In this document: positions 44,556 to 44,636 of the stretch, in pieces
Layout of the letters: the number at the start of each line of letters is the position of its first letter
Position numbering within the stretch: the stretch's first letter is position 1
UHGV virus genome: UHGV-0349104
Source of the DNA: a virus
DNA length: 44,636 nt
Strand: one strand, 5' to 3'
Position numbers and translations under genes: made by a program
The notes under the pieces: model-generated
Databases searched by the model: none
Seen by the model: the letters and a program-made list of their open reading frames with translations, nothing else
Told to the model about the DNA's origin: nothing

Positions 44556-44636
44556 ACCTTAACTGGAATTCTTGATTTTTCCGATACCATAAGGTATGAT
44601 CTGTCGCATGGAAGCACGAATCGTTTCAGAACTCCG

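Overview
This 44.6 kb window is a high-GC (about 60%) contractile-tailed phage or prophage genome segment. Gene order on the plus strand is: early/replication region, lysis, packaging, head, tail, accessory region, then a leftward recombination module on the minus strand. Two modules and one cassette stand out as AT-richer cargo.

- **Early/replication region (1-6400):** HTH regulators, a zinc-ribbon protein, an AT-rich PD-(D/E)xK nuclease island, a replication initiator carrying internal iterons, a DnaB helicase, two Mor/C-family activators, RusA and a MazG-like protein.
- **Lysis cassette (6445-7713):** M15-type endolysin, holin-like protein, and further small membrane/secreted ORFs.
- **Packaging (7731-12139):** terminase small subunit, then a terminase large subunit split by two mini-inteins. 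Each intein carries a free-standing HNH endonuclease ORF in an alternate reading frame.
- **Head module (12195-17909):** Mu-like portal, F-like head morphogenesis protein, a scaffold/protease-position protein with internal tandem repeats, and the major capsid protein.
- **Island 1 (about 17950-20730, AT-richer, minus strand):** a glycine-zipper membrane protein, an HsdR_N-type PD-(D/E)xK protein, a DUF3990-like protein with an H-G-S motif, and an RHH protein. This is a candidate novel defence or toxin cassette.
- **Anti-repressor pair (20817-22120):** BRO-N and Rha genes.
- **Tail module (22195-36035):** sheath, tube, a chaperone with a -1 frameshift site at T_TTT_TTG, tape measure, baseplate V/W/J/I-like proteins, two fibre-like proteins and a fibre assembly chaperone.
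- **Accessory region (36072-39251):** three overlapping Cys-rich small ORFs and a DUF2829 (Tad2-like) ORF.
- **Island 2 (39472-40976, AT-rich):** a radical-SAM/SPASM enzyme translationally coupled to a possibly truncated partner. This is the second candidate system.
- **Recombination module (40927-43006, minus strand):** ERF, SSB, Gp157 and two small ORFs.

Two repeat families recur. A 17-nt dyad motif GAAC(C/T)TTGTTCACGGTG marks four module boundaries. A roughly 45-nt GC-hairpin element occurs in five copies with compensatory stem changes, each beside a cargo gene cluster. No rRNA, tRNA or CRISPR array was found.
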